Both the position numbers and the translations under genes were made by a program. Below are positions 59,359 through 64,000 of a DNA stretch of 64,000 bases, piece by piece; the first letter of the stretch is position 1, and every line of letters begins with the position of its first letter. The stretch lies in IMG/VR virus record IMGVR_UViG_3300034104_003795, positions 209,998 to 273,997 of that record; one strand, written 5' to 3'. The notes under the pieces were generated by a model. That model was not told where the DNA came from and did no database searches. It was given only the letters and a program-made list of their open reading frames with translations.

Positions 59359-60570
59359 TTAGAATGATAATTTAACTTTAATTAATACTTCTTTATCAAA
59401 TGATTTTACAATTGGTTGAGAAGTTTTAGCTACTGCAATCATCTCGTTTGAATCGTTATACAAACCTATCGTTGTGATATAAGTTTGTGGGTCTGTTTCA
59501 AAAGTGCTTTCAGTAAAAAATCCGTTTGTATCTACATATGTAGGATTGTTAGAGTAGTTAAATTCTCTATTTGTTGCTCTTACGAAGAAATGTTGTGTTG
59601 ATACGTTTTCAGTTCTTCTAGCATCAAAATCCGCTCCTTTTTTCATTGAGTAATACAATCTTTGATGATTACGTTGTTCAGAAGCCGTTACGTGAGAACC
59701 ACTCATTCCACCAACTAATACACCATTTTCAGTATGGATATCTCCTAATTTAGTTTGAAGTGCAGTTGGGTTGAATACCATAATACCTCTATCAGGATAG
59801 AACAAACCAAATCCTTTACCATTTGCATCGTATTGGTTTGTAATAGTTGCTTCTAATTGAGTACCAACGTTAAGAACTCCTTCTACAATATTGAACACTC
59901 TTCCAGCTTTTCCAAAGTTATCACCGAATTTCTTACCACTATCATCAATAAACGTAAAGTTACCAAGAGAACCAGAAAGGTTTAATTCCCAGTTTCCAGC
60001 ATCCATAGATTCTCTAAATCTACTTCTAGCTACGTTTACTACATATATGCTATTTGAATCATCTTCAGTTCCTGATGAATTAGGGAATGAAAATTTAGCA
60101 TCGGTTGGGTCTAATAAAATTGATTTGTATTGTGCGTAAGTTGCTTTCGTTGCCAATGTTGAAGTATTATCAACATCTAATGTAGCAGAACCGCTTGCAT
60201 CTACGTGTCCATACGCTATCGCAAATTCAACTTCTGCCGAAGAACTAATTTGTGGATTGTATGAATATACATTGTAGTAATATTTGCCACTCGTAGCAGC
60301 TGCTTGTGTAGATGATGTATAGAAATTATTTATTTGTCCTTCATCACTTGTCCATAAACCGGTTGTTACTACTTCAACTTTTGCGTTTACTTTATCAAAT
60401 TCTCCAAATCTTTTGTAAATACCAGTTGTAACACCAGCACCTACAGCAATTTGTTGGCCAGCAGGTAACGCGGTGTTTAACAACGCTACAATCTGGTCAG
60501 TATCAATAATTCCCGTATTAGCAAGTGTGGCTAACTGGGCGGTTACATTAGGGTCATTTATTTGTGCCAT
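59359..60570 (-). CDS. Baseplate/tail-base structural protein (403 aa)
   Basis: C-terminal TYITTIGLYNDSNEMIAVAKTSQPIVK; structural cluster. Confidence 0.65.
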   Translation of the reverse strand: MAQINDPNVTAQLATLANTGIIDTDQIVALLNTALPAGQQIAVGAGVTTGIYKRFGEFDKVNAKVEVVTTGLWTSDEGQINNFYTSSTQAAATSGKYYYNVYSYNPQISSSAEVEFAIAYGHVDASGSATLDVDNTSTLATKATYAQYKSILLDPTDAKFSFPNSSGTEDDSNSIYVVNVARSRFRESMDAGNWELNLSGSLGNFTFIDDSGKKFGDNFGKAGRVFNIVEGVLNVGTQLEATITNQYDANGKGFGLFYPDRGIMVFNPTALQTKLGDIHTENGVLVGGMSGSHVTASEQRNHQRLYYSMKKGADFDARRTENVSTQHFFVRATNREFNYSNNPTYVDTNGFFTESTFETDPQTYITTIGLYNDSNEMIAVAKTSQPIVKSFDKEVLIKVKLSF

Positions 60571-60584
60571 GTTTATTTATCTTT

Positions 60585-61211
60585 TTATGCTTTGTAAGTT
60601 ATAGTCACAGGTATAGTTTGTGAGCCTCCAGTTTCGTTACCATACACAGTTAATGTTGTTGAAATATCAATTGTCAAGTTTGGATTAGGAGTAAATGTAA
60701 ATTTCTTACCACTTACAACTTGAGCAGTTGTTGTTATTTCTTCACCCAAGAATACTGGTACAGTTCCACTTGTTGTTGCCGCTTCAGTTACCGTAATAGT
60801 ACCAGCTCTTTGGTCTGCCAATACAACGGTGTAACCTGCATTTGAATTTCCAGCAGGAGATGTTTGTGGAGTTAATCCAGTACCACCTTCATTTTGATTT
60901 GAAGCGATTGATGTAATACCACCAAATTTAACGGTTGGTATTTGTGTTGTTCCTTTTGGTAAAGTAACTAATTTATATCTTAGCACTTGTGTTTCATCAG
61001 GAGATGCTTCAGTAATAGGAATAGCTCTAATTGCTGAATCATAGTAAGATGAACCTCTTGGGTGTGCTGGTTCATATAATGTGTAATCAATCTCGTCATC
61101 ACCTAAAGCGAACTTTGTAATGTTTAAAGATTGTCCAGATGCTAATTTTTGTCTTCCTTTTTTGGTAAGAATCGCATCTACGGTAATTTCGGTATTATCT
61201 AAATATGCCAT
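60585..61211 (-). CDS. Baseplate/tail-base structural protein (208 aa)
   Basis: N-terminal AILTKKGRQKLASGQSLNITKFALGDDEIDY resembles the start of tail-collar fibre (DUF3751-like) proteins. Confidence 0.65.
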   Translation of the reverse strand: MAYLDNTEITVDAILTKKGRQKLASGQSLNITKFALGDDEIDYTLYEPAHPRGSSYYDSAIRAIPITEASPDETQVLRYKLVTLPKGTTQIPTVKFGGITSIASNQNEGGTGLTPQTSPAGNSNAGYTVVLADQRAGTITVTEAATTSGTVPVFLGEEITTTAQVVSGKKFTFTPNPNLTIDISTTLTVYGNETGGSQTIPVTITYKA

Positions 61212-61271
61212 TTGATATTGTTTTTATGCTTTTATTTCTAAAATAAATATAACCATTTAGTATTTTCATTC

Positions 61272-64000
61272 TTAATCTACAATAAGTATCGGTTCACCAC
61301 TACCTCTACCGGTATTTGCAACTTTAAGAACATTTGGATTAGTTGTAAATATTTCTAATGGAGATAATCCATCTGGTGTAGTTGATGCGTTTTGTTGAGA
61401 ACCTTTCCAAAATGAACGTTTCATACCCTCACTAAGCCCATTAACGTATCGGTAATGTGTTGGTAGATATCCATTTACAGCCGTCACTTCGGTTACACTT
61501 CCACCCACATTCACACTTCCGCTAAAAGGTAATACTGTAACTTTGTATTTGTTATTTGTAACCAATACATTCTCATACTTAACTCTTTGTCCTGGTATGT
61601 TTGTTGCCGGCCATCCTTCAGTTTGTGTTGATACTTTTGTATCATATTGTTCTTTTACCAAGAATACACTCTTTCTATCACCACCTTTTACCGATGAGGT
61701 AATATGTGTAGTAACATAATTTCCAAATACACCATCAAATCCAGGTATAATTGCGTTACCATTTCTAGCATACAATCCAAACCCAACATTTGCCAACGAA
61801 TCTCTTTCCATTCCAATTGCTTCGAATTTAAACGAATCAACCTCACCAGTCAATGTTGAACCAGTAGGTATTTGTAATGAAAATTCATACATAGGTACAC
61901 TACCACTAATCACTGCATCTTGTAAGTATTCAATTACCGTATCGTAGTATGCCGGATTTGCATTTAAATCGTAAACCGTAACAGCATCTAATGTACCATC
62001 ATAATCAGGTCTTTCCACCGAAAGTACCGTATTACTAATTGCATTAAGTTCAGTTTCTTTTGGTATAAAATCACTTTCTAATGCAATATCATCATTTGTA
62101 GAAATAGATGTATCATATGAATTTTTCTCTGCAATTGTTTCTTTCCATCTTGTTTTACTTCTCTCTAATAAGTGAGGTTCAATCAACAATCCTTTTGAAA
62201 CCTTTGCTCTAGCAGGTGCTAGTTCAGCAAGAACATCAAATAATGATTTATCTATATATCTTACAAGTTGAATGTACTCATTTATATTTTGATTCATTCT
62301 TTCAAAATAGTACTCTCTCAACGTTTCTAATTCACTATATGTATCCTTATACTCATCACGTGGGTCTCCTATGTAATTATCAATATTAAAATCACCAAAC
62401 GTTTTTAAGATATCCATATTCAACTCCTTAATTGGAGAGAAGAATAATCCTAAACGATTTGAATCTATTGGAGATTGGTCAAATGCTTTTTTAGTTGCTC
62501 TTGTTTTGTATGATAAATCGGTAACTAATGAAGCAGATTCAAATCTTATTTTATTTGAATACCCAAACCCTAAAGACGGTACTTCTGCCGTTACAGTTCT
62601 ATCATACGGCGTATATTGGTATGGATAAGTTGTAGCGGTGTACATCTGACTTGCAGTAGCGTAAGAATTTGCACCATCATAACTTTGATTGATTGCCACA
62701 TTCTTAATATACGGGTCTGCATTTCTATCCTTTGGATATTCAAAATCAAGTCTAAATAATAAATCTTCAGTAGATGCTGTATATGAATTGCCATTTGTTG
62801 CATCAGGGAATAAAACGTGATTATTAAATTTACTTCTTTGTAATGGAACTTTCCACAAACGAACTTCATCTACGTTTCCTGTAAATGTGTTACTACCAAT
62901 TTGTAAATGTGAACCACTACTCCATTGTGTATCCGGTGCAAAAATAGACATACTAACCGATGTAATAATTCTGTCGCCATTAGATGTTCCCAACCAAACT
63001 TCATACCAAGAACCAGTTCCTGCACTATTATATCTATTGATTGCTACATTTGAATAATATTCAGTTGATATAGGAAAATCTAAACTACCCGTTTTATAAT
63101 CAGGTCCAAACACATATTCAACCGATGTATCAAAATAAGGATAATATACACCACTGGTCTCCATATATGTAGTTAGTGCTTGGTCTCCACCAAAGTTTAA
63201 TTCTAATTTACCAAATGAACCAGTTGTTTGTACTAAATCTAAAGTCCATTCGCTTCCGCTGATTAGCGTTGATGTTGTATTCGGTAAAGAATCCGGTTTA
63301 AATCTAAATTCCACACAATTTGGATAATCTAAACTTCCAGTAAAGAATTTCCAAGGAACTTTTACAGACGCACTTCCACTCAAATAAATTGCAGCGGTTC
63401 TATCATCAAATGTAAATTTAGTACTACCACCTTTTGACGGGTCTTGTGGTCCGCCAAATTCCATTATAGTCAACATAGATTGTGGCACACCATAACAAGC
63501 CATTACAGCTTTCATAGCCCTACCAGTTCCTTTATGTTTTAAAATATATGGAAGATTATTTAATATTCTTCTCCAAATTTCTTCATTAGCAGATTCAAGT
63601 GATTTAGAATATTTTGGTGTACCATCTTTGTATGTACCAAACGCATATTCCCATAAAAAGTTAGAATTAAATGCCTTTTTAACATCCCATCCATGTGATT
63701 CAAGTACAAACTGAACTACATCATTTGATATTCCTTTATATTCCGAAGCTTCAACTGATTTTGTTTTTGCTAAAGAACTTATGTATGACCAAAGTATATC
63801 AAAGTGTTGGCCAATCATATTCAAAAACGTAATGAAATCTTCGTTAGCAGTATCTTCTACTAAAAATTCTGGTATATTTGCCGTAAGACGATTTGGATTG
63901 TATTTATCGTAATATTCTGCCTGTGATAGTAATTCATCGTACCACATAGTTACTAACGAAGATGTAGTATTAACCAATATAGATGATGAACTATTTGTTT
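61272..64000 (-). CDS. Baseplate wedge-like protein with LamG-like domain (5'-truncated by window edge, >=909 aa)
   Basis: Frame is open from 63977 to 64000; LPYILKHKGTGRAMKAVMACYG (wedge KGT motif); FTGNVDEVRLWKVPL (LamG-like). Confidence 0.7.
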   Translation of the reverse strand, partial: TNSSSSILVNTTSSLVTMWYDELLSQAEYYDKYNPNRLTANIPEFLVEDTANEDFITFLNMIGQHFDILWSYISSLAKTKSVEASEYKGISNDVVQFVLESHGWDVKKAFNSNFLWEYAFGTYKDGTPKYSKSLESANEEIWRRILNNLPYILKHKGTGRAMKAVMACYGVPQSMLTIMEFGGPQDPSKGGSTKFTFDDRTAAIYLSGSASVKVPWKFFTGSLDYPNCVEFRFKPDSLPNTTSTLISGSEWTLDLVQTTGSFGKLELNFGGDQALTTYMETSGVYYPYFDTSVEYVFGPDYKTGSLDFPISTEYYSNVAINRYNSAGTGSWYEVWLGTSNGDRIITSVSMSIFAPDTQWSSGSHLQIGSNTFTGNVDEVRLWKVPLQRSKFNNHVLFPDATNGNSYTASTEDLLFRLDFEYPKDRNADPYIKNVAINQSYDGANSYATASQMYTATTYPYQYTPYDRTVTAEVPSLGFGYSNKIRFESASLVTDLSYKTRATKKAFDQSPIDSNRLGLFFSPIKELNMDILKTFGDFNIDNYIGDPRDEYKDTYSELETLREYYFERMNQNINEYIQLVRYIDKSLFDVLAELAPARAKVSKGLLIEPHLLERSKTRWKETIAEKNSYDTSISTNDDIALESDFIPKETELNAISNTVLSVERPDYDGTLDAVTVYDLNANPAYYDTVIEYLQDAVISGSVPMYEFSLQIPTGSTLTGEVDSFKFEAIGMERDSLANVGFGLYARNGNAIIPGFDGVFGNYVTTHITSSVKGGDRKSVFLVKEQYDTKVSTQTEGWPATNIPGQRVKYENVLVTNNKYKVTVLPFSGSVNVGGSVTEVTAVNGYLPTHYRYVNGLSEGMKRSFWKGSQQNASTTPDGLSPLEIFTTNPNVLKVANTGRGSGEPILIVD

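Noticed and set aside
1-64000. Stop-codon reassignment, tRNA genes, introns or inteins in terminase, portal, MCP or primase
   Set aside because: Standard code yields full-length, tightly packed genes; intergenic gaps are short and no cloverleaf was seen; core proteins have normal lengths with no intein motifs.

Overview
AT-rich 64-kb fragment of a large T4-like tailed dsDNA phage. Almost every gene is on the minus strand and the standard genetic code gives long, tightly packed ORFs. Reading along the minus strand (high to low coordinates), the window holds: a baseplate/tail-base block (partial at the right edge); a small DNA-metabolism block (GIY-YIG-like protein, primase, fused Mre11-Rad50/gp47-gp46); a 2479-aa tail protein; a ~9-kb sugar-modification locus; the head module (terminase, portal gp20, protease gp21, scaffold, major capsid gp23, and several probable internal head proteins); a tail fibre; neck genes gp13-15; and a giant (>3900 aa) repeat protein that runs off the left edge and is missing from the ORF track. 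The sugar locus encodes a split HldE kinase plus adenylyltransferase, an Aah/TibC-type protein O-heptosyltransferase, a GT4-methyltransferase-GT fusion, a GT-like/radical SAM fusion and a mucin-like poly-Thr protein. This is the most notable system: it looks like a phage-encoded protein O-glycosylation pathway next to its likely virion substrates. Three TTTG-N20-TATATTT(G/A) promoters point to a Bacteroidota host. A second motif (coding strand ATAYTTAT) recurs in 13 intergenic gaps and is a candidate phage late promoter. I saw no tRNA, CRISPR array, integrase or reverse transcriptase. Family assignments come from motif recognition by eye, not database searches.
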